Both the position numbers and the translations under genes were made by a program. A stretch of DNA of 52,691 nucleotides from Girardia tigrina (Eukaryota). This document shows positions 12,224-26,567 of this stretch, piece after piece (positions within the stretch are counted from its first letter, which is position 1; each line of letters begins with the position of its first letter). Below the pieces are notes generated by a model, which saw only the letters and a list, made by a program, of their open reading frames with translations, did not search any database and was not told the origin of the DNA. The DNA is taken from positions 30,285 through 82,975 of the forward strand of contig MQRK01233167.1 of NCBI GenBank assembly GCA_001938485.1, in the 5' to 3' direction.

Positions 12224-12465
12224 TTAACCCTTTATTTCCCAAATTAATTAAAATAATAATTCTTAAACTTACATGTTATTTTTAATTATACTCCAAGCGT
12301 GAAAACATAAAATTAATTCATTCAAGTTTCCATAAATCAATATAAATATTCGCAATGTTCTTGTAGCGCAACACTAAAATAAACAGCGGAATTTTTGTTG
12401 CTTAAAATTTCTCAGCTAATAAATTTAATGTTGTTGTAAAACAACCCTGTGAGAGAAAGGGTTAA
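12224..12465. mobile_element. piggyBac-type MITE
   Basis: TTAA-CCCTTTATTTCCCA...TGTGAGAGAAAGGG-TTAA; imperfect TIRs. Confidence 0.55.
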
Positions 12466-13434
12466 TATTTGATTTTCCTACGACACTTGACTTGTTGTTG
12501 ACCAAACTAGTTCTACCTCAACACTTTATCGCAGCAATAGGGGTCAATGCGGAGAATTTAAACAAACAAATAAACTATACATAAACAGAATCTCTCCTTT
12601 TGGTGAAAAATACAATAATGATAGAGTTTTTCTTAACTTCTATTTTTGTGATTTCTTGTGGAATCCTTGGAACACAGACCAATTTACACAGGGTTTTTGT
12701 ATTGACAGACAGTGCGATTCAGCCATTGAACTAATTTGATGGGTTTAAAATATACAAGTTGTACAAGTCCATTTTGGGAAAATTATTCAAAATACTTATT
12801 ATTTAATCAGAATAATTATCATCTGATAAACAACACACTTCATTCATGAATTTTTATAAAATAATGACAAGTTTAAATTCTACTTTTTGATGATCTAATA
12901 GTCGTCCTAACGTTAAAACGTGAATGATGGGTGATTCCATTTTTTATCACGGTCGATTTTTGGTCTATCAAAATGTGATATTAATATTGATAATTTCAAA
13001 ATTATGTGTAAGCATTTCGATAGTTATTGGGAGAAAGTTCCGTATGAAGGTAACGTTTTGGGTAACGTTCATTGGGTAACGTTTTTCCTATTCAATGTAA
13101 AGGACAGAGTTAACCAGTTTTGTTAGAATTTTCGCGTAGCGTGATTTCATGCACCTGATTACACATTCATAATTTTGTATTTATAAATTCGGATTAATTA
13201 AATAACACTTCAATGAGAGGATAATGACGCGTGTTTCATCAAAATACATTGTTAAAAATTTTTTTTGAAATGGTTGCGCTTTGTTTCTTTTAAATTATAC
13301 AATGCGTTTTTTCAATTGAAATAAAATTTATTTTCCAAATTGTCTAAGGTATATTAATTTATTGAGTTTTGGCAATCACCCAGAATGACACAATCACGGA
13401 TCGACGAAATCTCGAAAGGCGATGTAAGACACTA

Positions 13435-13738
13435 CAGAGATGTCGGAATCATTCTGAATGTTAATACAACTATTGGACATGTTTCAATTTTTAAAAAAAT
13501 CATCATCAGCAATTTTCTATTGAATTGTTTGAATAATACAATCTTTCACAATTTTAATAAATACAATTTACTTTAAATGGTAACGAAGAAATTAAACATT
13601 TTTATTTATCAAAGTATTATTGGGTAATATGGCAAAAGTTTTTTAATTAAAAATTTTAAGTATTGAAATAACCTTACTTTGCCCATTCTGAATGTTAATT
13701 GATGGGTTGTAGTGTCTTAGTGTTCCAGAGATGTCGGA
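13435..13738 (-). mobile_element. Short 5'-truncated PLE insertion (same family as 8347-10200) with 13-bp direct repeats
   Basis: 13642-13720 is nearly identical to 8602-8681 (end of the GIY-YIG ORF). Hammerhead at 13471-13514. CAGAGATGTCGGA at 13435-13447 and 13726-13738. Confidence 0.8.
13471..13514 (-). ncRNA. Minimal type I hammerhead ribozyme
   Basis: Minus strand: AUUG CUGAUGA U GAUUUUU-UU-AAAAAUU GAAA CAUG UC^CAAU. Canonical GUC triplet; stem III ACAUGU. Confidence 0.8.
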
Positions 13739-14269
13739 GAAAAGAAAAAGAAAACAAAAATGATAAATATCGAAATACAAAATATTTCTAATTATTACAA
13801 AACAAATATATTATTAAAAGATGTAATGTTGAGATTATGATCCAAATGTACCTCTACTGTCAAAATCCCGATACGTGAAAACTATGAAGTACCAAAATCT
13901 TGAAAATATGAACAGTTAAATTTAACTCTTTTAGAGCAGTCAGAAATTTTACTATTATTTAATTGAAAATAAAAATCAGATTAAAAGCCCGAATGACAAT
14001 CATTTAATATGTGGTAATTATTTTCTAACTATTGGGTTTTTAATCAAAATACGTTGTCATTAACACAAAACTTTTATTTCTATCAAACAATGATTTTTTA
14101 AACCAATTTCATTTTAGCATAATCAGATATCAAATTTCAAATATAAATATTTATATATAATTTTATGTAATTTAAATGTTACACTTTAAGTATAATAAAT
14201 TATAGCTTTAAATTTTTTTAAGGAAATTAAATCCCAATCTGTTTTTTTATTCTTTCATCATACTTTGGT

Positions 14270-14608
14270 AACTTTTATTATAAATTAATTTTCTTAAAAA
14301 TAAACTTCCTTAATAATTCAAACTATTAAAAGCATATTCATTTTTTACAGAAATTAAATTATTTTTAAAAACTAATTTTTACATATAGTAAACTCTTTAA
14401 TAATTCGATATATTAAAATATTCATATTTTATAGAAATTACATTATTTTAAAAATTAATTTTATATATAGAAAACTTCTTTAATAGTTCATTTTATAAAA
14501 ATCGTTTTAATTAGTAAAACATTATTTTTAATTTATCTCTAATGTAAATATGATTTTTTAATTTAAAAATATCAAAAGTTTACCGTTCACCAAAAAGAAT
14601 CCCTAACA
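14270..14608 (-). repeat. LTR-like repeat related to 2529-2900
   Basis: Minus strand begins TGTTAGGGATTCTTTTTGGTGAAC; internal tandem duplication at ~14335-14490. Confidence 0.45.
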
Positions 14609-14759
14609 GTAACATTATTCAAAATTTAAAATCAAAAATTATTAAAAAAAAGATAAAAATACTTTTTATTTGAAGTCTTAAAAAAATTTCTCAATTGATT
14701 AAAATATTGAAAACATAGAATTATTAAATGAAAGAAATTATCTTAAAATAATGAAAATA

Positions 14760-15650
14760 AAGCCGTGATAGTTGGACGACTTATACGATCATTAATAATC
14801 GTTCGAAGTCTTTCATTAATATCAATACGTTGTTTTTTAGAACATTGCTCTACATGAAGAAATGCTGCCAATTCGTCCTCTGGAAAATTAGAGGATTTAA
14901 TACATAAACCAAGAATTATAAGAGAAAATAAATTCCTCCAAAATACTTTAGGAATCCATATAACGATTTTTTGGATCCAAGAATTATAGAATTAAAATAG
15001 AAATCAATTTTAGAAGAAATGTTTTTAGAAAAACATGAATTATCATCCATGACCTATCAATTTTATGATTAAGAAGAATACAAGAGAATACCTTTCTGAA
15101 CCAATGTTGTTGGGATAAGAATGACAACCAATCGCATATTTTCGTCCTCACCAATTCGAATTGTATTTTGATCATTATATTTTTTTAAATTAAAACATTT
15201 ATTTATTATTGTATACACTCAAAGCTGTTTTTATGCAGTCTTTTTTGTGCAATTTATTTTTTCAAATTTTTTGTGCGATTTTTTTTGTACGATATTTTAC
15301 AAAAAATTATATTATCAGATCACACAAATAAAAAATCGTATAAAAACAGGTTTGGGTGGTAATGATATGTTTGCCTTCAAAAGAACCCATTCGAAAGAAA
15401 ATAAGAAGAATTCGGCTTGAACATCGACCTTCTGAACCAAAAAACAATAATTGCTGGTCGAGACAATTTATGAAGCACATCAATCTCCTCAATGCTTCAC
15501 TGAATTCTTCACAAGCAATGCAGCCGTCTCACCCTATGATATTGATATCAACCCCAGTCTATTTTAAAGTTGGACCTCCAGTTTTCTTTTCTTGTACCAT
15601 CTCAGGAGGAAGTCATGCTATGTTCCAGAATCTAAATATCCATTAATTAT
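14760..15650. pseudogene. Possible Mutator-like (MULE) transposase relics
   Basis: LPSKEPIRKKIRRIR..RPSEP (+) and KKQRIDINERLRTIIND (-) resemble MULE transposase segments. Short TTTTTGT(G/A)C repeats lie between them. Similarity is weak. Confidence 0.3.
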
Positions 15651-16009
15651 ACTTCATTTTTCGCATTAATTAGTAGACCAGTAGGAAGAATTTTTCAAGT
15701 TAATTAGTTTATTTTGATTCATTTGATAATGAAGTAATTTATTTATATATTATTTTTCAGTATTCCCTTTTGATTATAACTAATTTTTAATCATTTTTTA
15801 AATCTCCTTTGTTGTTTTAATTTGAATTTAGTGTTGAAGATCTTTTATAATTCAATAGCAATTCATAAACTTTTGGCAAGTATTTTCTTTGTAAAAGAGA
15901 GAGACTAAACACTTTTGAACTAATTCTTTATTAAATATATTGAAGGTTCTTGTGTCAGAGTATCATTTTCTTTATCCTAATGTTGAAACATCAATAAGGA
16001 GATTGTTGG

Positions 16010-16680
16010 TAATGTGTGTGTGGAGACAGTATGGCTGGAGCGCATTGGCGTAGAGATTTCAGCATCTCTGGGTCGAGAGGGAAATACATTCCGATCTCAC
16101 CCGCGACGAAGGAGAACAGATTCATTACCTCCAATCCGACGTTGGCGAATTTCGAATCCGGAAAGCTGCACAGCTTTAGTAATGTCTCCTCAGAATCATG
16201 AAGAGCGACTTTTGGAAATGTTGATAAAAGAATTTCAGCATGAAACCCCGTGTTTAGAGTTCACTTTCCCGAGCAGGTCGTAGGTTTTCCGTTTCTCTTC
16301 ATTGGAGATCGCTTTGTACCTTTCGTCTTTTCTTTTAAATCGACTTTCATCCTTCAACAATCATGAAATCAACATCAAGTCTTCACATCTGTTTCTCTCT
16401 CCCGCGAAACTATCGAGCTCGAAATCTGCTTGATCAAACGCTTCTTTCACCGACTTACACGCATTTTCTTATTGACTTAAGATCTCGAAAAAAGTTTCCG
16501 AGCATTTCAAACTTAATGTCTGTCGAATCAAGACATTTATGATAAATAATTGAGGTTCCTCCGATTTCATTTGATTGCTCTTTGCTGTGATCTCCTCACA
16601 GTCTTCTTTTACGGAATACTCGGCATCAAAGGATAATGAAATTTTAGTAGCCGGCGATTTTGATATTTTCAGTTGGTTAA
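16010..16680 (-). pseudogene. Decayed reading frame of unknown origin
   Basis: GC-richer block. One minus-strand frame reads ~220 codons of charged sequence interrupted by several stops. Confidence 0.3.
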
Positions 16681-17279
16681 TTTATCATTTATCGATTCGA
16701 TATTTTCGTTTCTATAGAATTTATATTCGAAATTCTGAATTTGCATAATAAATCTATATTATCCCTTGTTAAGTGACATTTTTTTCTTTTCAACGCACAA
16801 AAGTCATTTACGAAATATTTTTTATTCTAACAAATTTAACCGCCAAATCTTTTTCAAAACAATAATCATTCAATATTTTTTTTACCGATCAACCGACAAT
16901 TTCGTTTTTCCGTGAAAATTACAAACACTTTGATTTGAACAAACAAATTACCAATCTTTATAAATTTTTAAAAAACTCTGACTTCTGTTTACATAGGCCC
17001 ATGAAAACACGAACAACATTAAACTGGTCAAACACAAAGGCCTCAAAAAAACAATCAAAAATTTTAAATAAACATTTATGTTTTGTTACTTTATATATTT
17101 TTTGTGAATTCTTTTTCTCTTTTTTTGTTTATTATTTTTTTATTTAATTTTTTGTTGAAAATTTTATTTATAAACAGTAGGAAAATCAGTCATCAGCAAT
17201 AAAATTTATTAAATAATTCAAAAATGACACGCAATTACATAATCAAATAATTATTAAAACAACGTTTCATCTAACTTAC

Positions 17280-20200
17280 CTCTCCATTAGAATTTAGGAT
17301 GCACTTCAACCATTCAATTCTTCTTGGTTTTGGTTTTCCTGGAAAATCAATCAACACTTGATGTGACTTAAAAATTCAAGAATTTGAAAAGGACCATCAT
17401 ATCTGTTTCCATTTTTCTTGATGTTGTGAGGTTCTTTCTTTAATAAAACTTTTTCACCGATCTAAAAATCTCGTTGGTGTCTTCTGCTTGCTTCTAAGTT
17501 TTGAAGTTTGTCTGTTGCCTTTCCTGATTCAAATTTCGTTTCCAAAATTATTCTCTCGTGATCAATACTGCTTGATGATGGTAACCCATTTAAAATAAAT
17601 TTCCTCCCAAATACAATTTCAAACGGTGAACGTTTAGTTGGGCTCTGATATGTTGCGTTTATTGAAAACTCTATTTTTGGAATCATCTTCTCCCACGCTA
17701 TTTTTTCTTTCTTACTCTTCAAAGATGTAACCAACATATCTCGTACAGTTCGAATGGCTCGCTCTGCTAATCCATTTGCTTGATGTTGATACGGAGAAGT
17801 AAATTCTTGTTTAATTTCAAATATTTCTGTTAGTTTCCTTAAAATAGCTCCTTAAAATACTCGGCCTCGGTCTGACAATATAGATTTAGACTTCCGAAAC
17901 TTGTAAATCCAGTGATCTTTTATAGCTTCTGCAACACTCAATTCATCTTGTTTGGTCAAAGGTACAAGACTCACTAGTTTGCTGAAACGGTCTATCATCA
18001 CAAGTAAATATTTGTATCTGGATTTGAATTCTGAGAAGCATGCTACATCAATTATCATTTGTTCCAGCAGACCAAAATCTTCTCGTGGTATCAATAACTA
18101 TTTTTTACACCCCGAATATGTTTTCCTTTTTGCACAAATTTCACATCTCTGTACCATGAGTTCGATAGTTTTGCTCATGTTTGGTCAATGATAGCTTTCC
18201 TGAATATATTCAAGTAACTTTTCTTGCTTCCCAGATGACACAACTCCTCGTGAATATACTGGGTTAACTTATCTGCATAATTTTCTGGGACTAATATCTG
18301 TACTGTCTTTTCATTCTTACTCATAACAATTCCATCTATCAAATCATATTTATCTAAATTCTTGAAATATTTACTTTTCTTCACTTCAATATTTATATTT
18401 TGAGAGGAAGCTCCAAGCCATTGATGTTTTTATTTCAGTATTGAGTCTGACAGTTGTATCGCTCTGATGTCTTCATTGTTCAAATCTCTTGTTTCTATGG
18501 TGTTTATGAACTTTACTTTTAATTTATTTGACTTTGCTCTTTGATAACGTGTTAAATATTGAGTACATAGTTTTTCATCAATTCTTGAAAGTCCATCAGC
18601 ATTAGTATGCTCTTTTCCTTTCCGATATTTCAAAATAAAATTAAAACTAGATAAATTAGCGATCCCTGTCTGGAATTGTGGACTAATAGGCTTGTTGGTT
18701 TTTGTCATGTAAGTTAAAGCTTAATGATCAGTGCGGACTAAAAATTTCTTCCAATAAAGATAATATCTGAAATACATTATAAACTCATGAACCGCCAGCA
18801 ATTCTTTTCTAATTACACAATAACCTTTTTGAGGTCATTTAGAGTTTTAGATGCAAATGCAATGACTTTCTCGTTCCCAATATAATCATTTTGACTCAAA
18901 ACTGCTCCGATAGCTCCAAAACTTGCATCAGTATCTAAAATCATTGGTTTTTCATATCCGGATATGCTAATATTGGAGCTGTTGCCAATTAAATCTTCAA
19001 CTTATTAAAACTCGACTTTCAATCATCCGTCCAGTGATTTTTTTTCTTTTTTTCACTCAGCATAGCATACCACGTGCGGTAATCAATGCATAATCTTTAA
19101 TGAACCTCCGATAATAGTTTGCTAACCCTAAAAATGACATCAGCTGTGTAATACATCCTGGGCTTGGAGCTTGCATAATCTTTTTGATTTTATTATCGTT
19201 CGTTTCAACGCCCTTGTTGCTGATTGTGTGTCCTAAAAACTTTAGTCTTCTGGTTCCAAAAAAACATTTATCTGGGTTCACAATCAAACCAGATTGCTTA
19301 ATTATTGTAAATACTTGTTTTAATATACTTAAATGGTTTTCCTCATTCTTCGCATAAATTAATATATCATCTAAATATACAATAACTCCTTTATAAAGCA
19401 AATCCTTAAACAATAAATTCATAAGGCTCTGGAAAGTTACTGGAGCTGTGCATAATCCAAACGGTAAGCGATTGAAACAAAATTGACCGATTTTAGTACT
19501 AAAAGCTGTTTTTAATTTTGATGCTTCATCCAGTTCCACCTGATAATACGTTTGACCTAAATCAATGGTCGAAAAAATTATTGACCCCCATAATGTAAAT
19601 ATTCGGCACAGGAAATGTAAATTTCTCTGTAACATTATTCAGTCGTCTAAAATCTAAGCACATTCTGATAGATTCATCTTTTTTCGGTACAATAACCAGA
19701 GGAGAATTCTAAGGACTCTAATATGACTTAATAATATTAGCTTTTAATAAATCAACAATCAATTTATCAAACTTATCTTCAAGATGCATGGGCTGGCGTC
19801 TCTGATTTGCAGAAATTGGTGGACCGGTAGTCCGGATTTCATGTTTGATTACCGTTCTGTGGCCTAAAATTGAAGCCAAATTTTGAAGCCATAAAAATTG
19901 ATCCATATTATTTAACAAGTAAAGTTAATGGCAAGTTTGACTTGTCAATTAAACTCCTTAACGCGACAGTAATAAGATCAAGATTATTAAATTTCAATTC
20001 CACATACGAAGTATCTATAGTATTCACTTCTGTTAACCCTATACCACACATTCTCATCATATCGATTCCTCCAATAAATCCAGGATATATATTTCGCACA
20101 ATCACGATTCCTTTTTTCTCCTTTACACCATCCCACAAAATATCAACATATATTTTACCTAAACACATTTCAGGACTTGTAGAAAAGACACTTGAAAGTT

Positions 20201-20640
20201 TAATGTCTGATCTCTGCATATCTGGTCTTCCTATCCGATGGCAGTTATCTCCGCTCATAATTGTGATTGAAGCACCGAAATCCCATAACATTTCAACATT
20301 AATTCCATTACAATTCATCAAACTCCATATTCTACCATTTGCCTTCTGGAACATCCCCTCTTTCATCATTTGTCTCATTCTTTGTCCTCTATCTCTGCCT
20401 TCAATCATATTTCTGACTAAACCCCACCGACGAGATAGGTACGAGGAGTTGATATCGGTTTTTTTCGTCGTTATCTTGTTCAATTTCCTGTGATTTTTCC
20501 TCGATCGGGTCATCAGTTTCATCATCATGAATGTACAATATTCGTCTTGGGGAAATTTGATTTGGTTTTATTGCCAAATAACAAACTTTGAATCTATGAT
20601 CGTGCTTATCGCATATTAAACAACGATTTCACAAGGGACA
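17280..20640 (-). mobile_element. Ty3/Gypsy retrotransposon gag-pol, decayed
   Basis: Domain order: CCHC knuckle (CLICDKHDHRFKVC, ~20582-20625), protease (LWDFGASITI), RT (KTAFST...RLPFGL...VYLDDIL), RNase H (LDTDAS, YRKGKEHTNADGLSR), integrase (HEELCHLG...IDRFSK...SDRG). Many stops and frameshifts. Confidence 0.95.
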
Positions 20641-20649
20641 TTATCTCCT

Positions 20650-20976
20650 TTGATGGCTTATGCCTCCACAATAGAAACGTGCACCGGGACGGAGAACCTC
20701 CGGATTCAGCGGGGCAATATCTCTAAACTTATTATAAAACTCCTTTGCTATCATTTTCATAGATCACTGAGGCCTATTATTCTGACCATATCGATCTTCA
20801 GGCTGATTTCGAGATGGGGTTGTGTGACGCAAATATCTATTATTAAAAAAACGATCATTATTACGGATAATAGTCTGTGATCTGTCTGAAATTCAGGACG
20901 GTAGTCGTACAGAATGACTGGGCTGTGTAAACTGACGCGCATACTCATACACGCATATGACACGCATACTATCATA
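20650..20976 (+). mobile_element. 3' end (PPT + LTR) of a different LTR element in the opposite orientation
   Basis: GAGATGGGG purine run just before TGTGTGACG (20821). The ~155-bp GC-richer LTR-like segment ends at about ATCATA. Confidence 0.4.
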
Positions 20977-21467
20977 TTTTTATTACTTGGTAACTGATTT
21001 TAATCTATTTTAAAAGTTAACTTTTTAGGAAGTCGTAAAAATGTCGATCAATCTAAATTTATTTTATTTTAATTCATTTAATTACTTTAACCTGTATATA
21101 ATTCAATATTGATGATCGAATATTACTGAAATATTTACAAAACTCTTTGACCAACTATTTTTAATTTAAATGTCTCAATGGTTAAAATATCAATGAGTTC
21201 GCTGTTAAATAAAATGGAAATTGAGCGAGTTATGACATAAATAGAGGTTTACAAATAAAAAATTACTTTTTAATAAAATTCATTTTTAGTAAAAAAATAA
21301 ATCTAAACAAAAAATCTGAATCGAAAATAGACAATCAACATATAAAATCTTAAATCAAATAAAAAACTTAAATATAAATAAAAGTCAAAATTTAAGACAA
21401 AAATTTCTCAATTTAAAATGAAAATATTTATTTAAAATATTGTTCGATCATTCAATTTTTAGATCAC

Positions 21468-22089
21468 GTATTGCTTAAAACTTTTTAAATTGTTGTTTAA
21501 AAATATTTGTCAAATACAAGGTTTCCCACTTAATTTAATCCGGTGTGCAAATAATTAAATTTATGTGTTTTAATATTGTAAAATAATTTTTTTAAATTTT
21601 TAAATAAAAAAGTTTGAATTAAGTTAATTTAAATGTTTTTTAATATAAAATTTTAGTTAAAAATGCTCTTACAAATTCAAAATATCCATATTAAACGCAA
21701 GGTTTCTGATGATGAGAAATAAATGGCTGCAATAAAGCAAAGCGATGATTTTATTTTTGAAAATTACATAAAAAATATTTTCGCAGTTAAAGGAATAAGA
21801 AGAAAAGAATTTTAATTAGAATTTTGTAATAAAAATAATAACTGATATTTGTTTAGTTTTTCTAATTTATATGGTTAATATATTGTATGTAATTCTATTC
21901 TTTTATTAATTTCTTTTTCTTGTTTATTTTAAATGAAAAACACAACAAATCATGTATAAATATTGTATGGATTAAATTATTTGAATATCGGATGAAATTA
22001 TTTACACGATGGATTAAATTAATTGGAAAATACTTTATATATTTAATAATTTCATTCTAGAAACTAAATATTTTTAGATTAAGCAATGT
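21468..22089. mobile_element. MITE with imperfect TIRs
   Basis: ATTGCTTAA / TTAAGCAAT at the ends. TAATTTAATCCGGTGTGCAAATAATT is inverted as AATTATTTACACGATGGATTAAATTA. Confidence 0.55.
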
Positions 22090-22569
22090 TTTTTGGTGGG
22101 TTATCTATAACCATCTTCAATCAATAATTAGCATCGACTGTTCTGTCTTATGCAACGATTGTATATTCAACTTATACAATAATAAAATTACTACTTTAAC
22201 AAAAGGAACTAGAGACTTGCTTGGGAATTGAATAATGATAAAGGGATTTTAATCAGTAATGAATCTCAAGAAATTATAACTTCACAAGATTTTAGAATCG
22301 GTTATTTTTACCTCCATAAGTCCAGTAAAATTGCTTCTTTCATCCTTGAGTTATTCAATGTTCCTGGCTCCATTCACATAAATTGATTAACTAAATCGAA
22401 ACATTTACTTAAAGAACATTTATTAAAAAAATATTTTATATTTCTATATGATTTTAAAATCCAAAATTTTATACCAAAAGATGTATTTTTTAGAATTTTC
22501 TGATTGATGTAATTTTGAATATAACTTACAGGGTTTTTCATTCACTTTTGGCAATTTTTTATATAGTTT

Positions 22570-23830
22570 GGACAATTTTTCAAATGCATTTGATATCTTT
22601 ACAAATGATTTTGTTATTTTTTTATAGGTTTTAAACTTTTTCAAAAGGTTTTGACAATTTATAAAATAATTTTAAAACATTTTAAAATATTTTTTTAATT
22701 TTGCTTTTTAACGAAATATAAAAGATTTTAAAACTTTTGTTAGTCACATAATATTAAATTTGTTGTCTTATGAAACTAACTTATTATTTTGCTGAATAAT
22801 ATTGGAATATGAAGAGTAATGTGACAAAGGTAGGACTAAGAGTCTTGGACTCATGGAACAAAACTAATAAAATTTATTCATGCTTGGGTTTCCTTTAAAA
22901 TTGTTTTTTAAATAAAATACTTTTTGTTTTGTGTATTGTTTAAATTATTATTTTTAATTCTCAAAATGTTATTTGATCTCTCAAATGTTATTAACATCTC
23001 TTAAACCTTTAACAATAATTTTAATTACCATGTGAAATTATTTATAATTATCTTTAATTATGTCATTTTCAATATAAAAATAATAGAAATATCAATAATT
23101 TGTACAAATAACACAAATAATGATTTCATGAAATATAATAATATTAAAATTCAGTTTAATATGGTTAATTGTAAACACTAAAATATAATAAATAAATCTT
23201 TCCTAAATTATCATTGTTGTGTTGTAACTTTTGTAAGAATTCGTTTAACACCAAATTTTATTTTTTTTTTGCATAAAATTATGTAGATGAAAAATTTAAA
23301 TGTAAATTTAATTATGTAATTAATTTTTTATGTTACTTATTCATGTGTTACTCAAGATGTGTTTTGTATAAATATAATATTTTTAATCTCTTTAATTTTT
23401 TTTCAAATTCCTATATTATAAACAAACAATACCCTTTTACTAAAATGATTTAAATTGAACAAAATAATTTAAAATAAATAATGTAAATGAAGTTAATTTA
23501 TAAATTTTATTATTCATCAATTATATATTCTTTATCTATACATCTTGTTAATAAATCCAAGCGTATGACTATAATATTCTATGAAATACATAATAAAATA
23601 GTAATAAAATAATTATATGTAATCAAAATTAATTTCATTCAAAACTTGTTTATTATAATTTGACTAACAAAGGTTTTAAAATCTTTTATAATATATTAAA
23701 AACCCAATATTAATGTTTTAAAATTATTTTATAAATTGTCAAAAACATTTGAAAAATCGTCTAAACCATTTGAAATATTTACAAATTTACAAAAATTATT
23801 TACGATAAAATTAATTAAAAGTTAAAATTT
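22570..23830. mobile_element. Foldback-like element with long inverted arms
   Basis: 22640-22755 is the reverse complement of 23652-23757 (TTTTGACAATTTATAAAATAATTTTAAAACAT; TTGTTAGTCA). Outer ends are uncertain. Confidence 0.6.
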
Positions 23831-24815
23831 TTGCCGAAACACAATTTAAAAAGATATCAGTAGTTTATAAAATTAATCATGATCCTTATTATAATTTTAT
23901 ATATTTGATAATTTAATTTTAATATAAATAGTAATATATTAGTTAATTTTCCTCACAATTATGATGTATAGGATGATGCAAATTATTTGATTTTTTTATA
24001 ATATGTGAAAAAATAAACATTGAGAAAATATTAAAAACACTTTTTGATTTCGTATTTTAAAGAAAATTATGAAATGAAAATAAATGAAAAATATCTATAA
24101 TCAACAAAGTGTTTTTATCATTTTTATATATAATAATTTTTTATGAAATTTTATAATTTAAAAAAATTTATTATTAAGGCATATTTTGTCTTATTAATTA
24201 AAAACAATTTATTATTTAAAATATCCGCATGTATTATCTCTATAATGATTTTTTTAACATTTTTTAAAATAAAATAATATTATACAATATTTTGAAAATG
24301 TCAGAATTCTGCTGATTATTAAAACACAGGAGATTTTATTAAGAATACTTTTGATCCATTAAGATATTATAATTATAAATAGAAATATGGTTTTTTAAAT
24401 ATATATAAATATTTAATAATCTTCACAATCAAATAGTTATATTTAAGTAATATTTTAATATAATATGAATAATAATAAATAATATTTTAATATTTTAAGT
24501 TATATTTTAATAAAAAAAATAATTTTTATATTAAAAATGAATACAAAGATAAGTATACAGTGATCGCTCTCTAAATTGAAAACTAAGCTATATTCTTGGT
24601 GCTGTTCACTTTTGGGAACTGTATAAAATTCTGTATAAGCGTTTTTAATTCTCGAAATCTTTTTATTTATTATTTTTTTTAATTCATACACAAATACATT
24701 AACGTAAATCTAAAATTTTTGTATGTAATTATAAATCTATTAAAATAATTAATTATTTTTTTAGAATTTCTAACAAAAATTGTTTAAAAATCAAATATTA
24801 AATTTATATTTATAA

Positions 24816-25673
<858 letters not shown>

Positions 25674-25892
25674 AGGATTAGTGGTTCTTCCTGTTTGTTG
25701 TTCTATATGATTTGAAGTATATATGTCCTATTTTTTTATGAATAAATTATATTTGATTGAAATAATGACATAATTATTTTTTGACTCAATTATTAAAAGT
25801 TTTTACTTACTAATAAATAAATAATATTCTTTCATTATAAGTTACAAAAAGATTAAAGAGAACATGTAAAAATGCAACTTAGTTATTGATAT

Positions 25893-26353
25893 TGTTTAGA
25901 GAACTCACACATTTGATAGAACATTTATTACATTCACAATTTTGATCATCTCCATGACAATCAATAGTATTGCTCTCATTTAATTCAAGCACTCAATGTT
26001 TAATACTTGTCATCTCAAATCTGAACTAAATTGAAAAGAATTATTTTATTTAAAATATTTACTTTAAATTTTATTGGTTAAAATAAAATTACTTTTTCAT
26101 ATCATTTGAAAACATTAGTTTGGTTTAATTATTTAAAAATTTACAAAAAAAAAGTTTATAAAATTTTTTTAAAAAATTTACAATAATAATAAATTTAAAT
26201 ATTAAATCTAAATTTAAATAAATCAGTTTCAGATTATAAGAGTTAAAATATTGATCATACATCTGATTAGGAGAGGCACAATCCCAAATCAACACACATC
26301 ATTTAAAGTTCCAAACAATACACAAAACAACAACATTCCAAATATTCCTCGCA
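25893..26353 (-). mobile_element. Solo-LTR family A, complete, 5-bp TSD
   Basis: TGTTTAGAG...ATTCCTCGCA flanked by GATAT at 25888-25892 and 26354-26358. Confidence 0.85.
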
Positions 26354-26531
26354 GATATAGAAGAATTATTTTGAATTTAATTTATTAATACAGATTACTC
26401 TTTGAAAAAGAAAAGGTAATACATTCAATGCATATTTAAAAGATGATATTTTTGTATTATTCTTATTGTATTATTCTTCGTGTTTAAATGCAAAAAGTAC
26501 ATGTATTTAATGCTATACTTAAATAACTAGA

Positions 26532-26567
<36 letters not shown>

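Noticed and set aside
16270-16320. ISNEEKRKTYDLLG resembles the end of a J-domain
   Set aside because: No HPD motif upstream and the frame contains stops.
19870-20493. 207-aa plus-strand ORF
   Set aside because: Antisense shadow of the Gypsy gag/protease frame.
21706-21720. CTGATGATGAGAAA as a hammerhead core (also TCATCAG near 17190 and 47153)
   Set aside because: No stem II or stem I pairing around the core.
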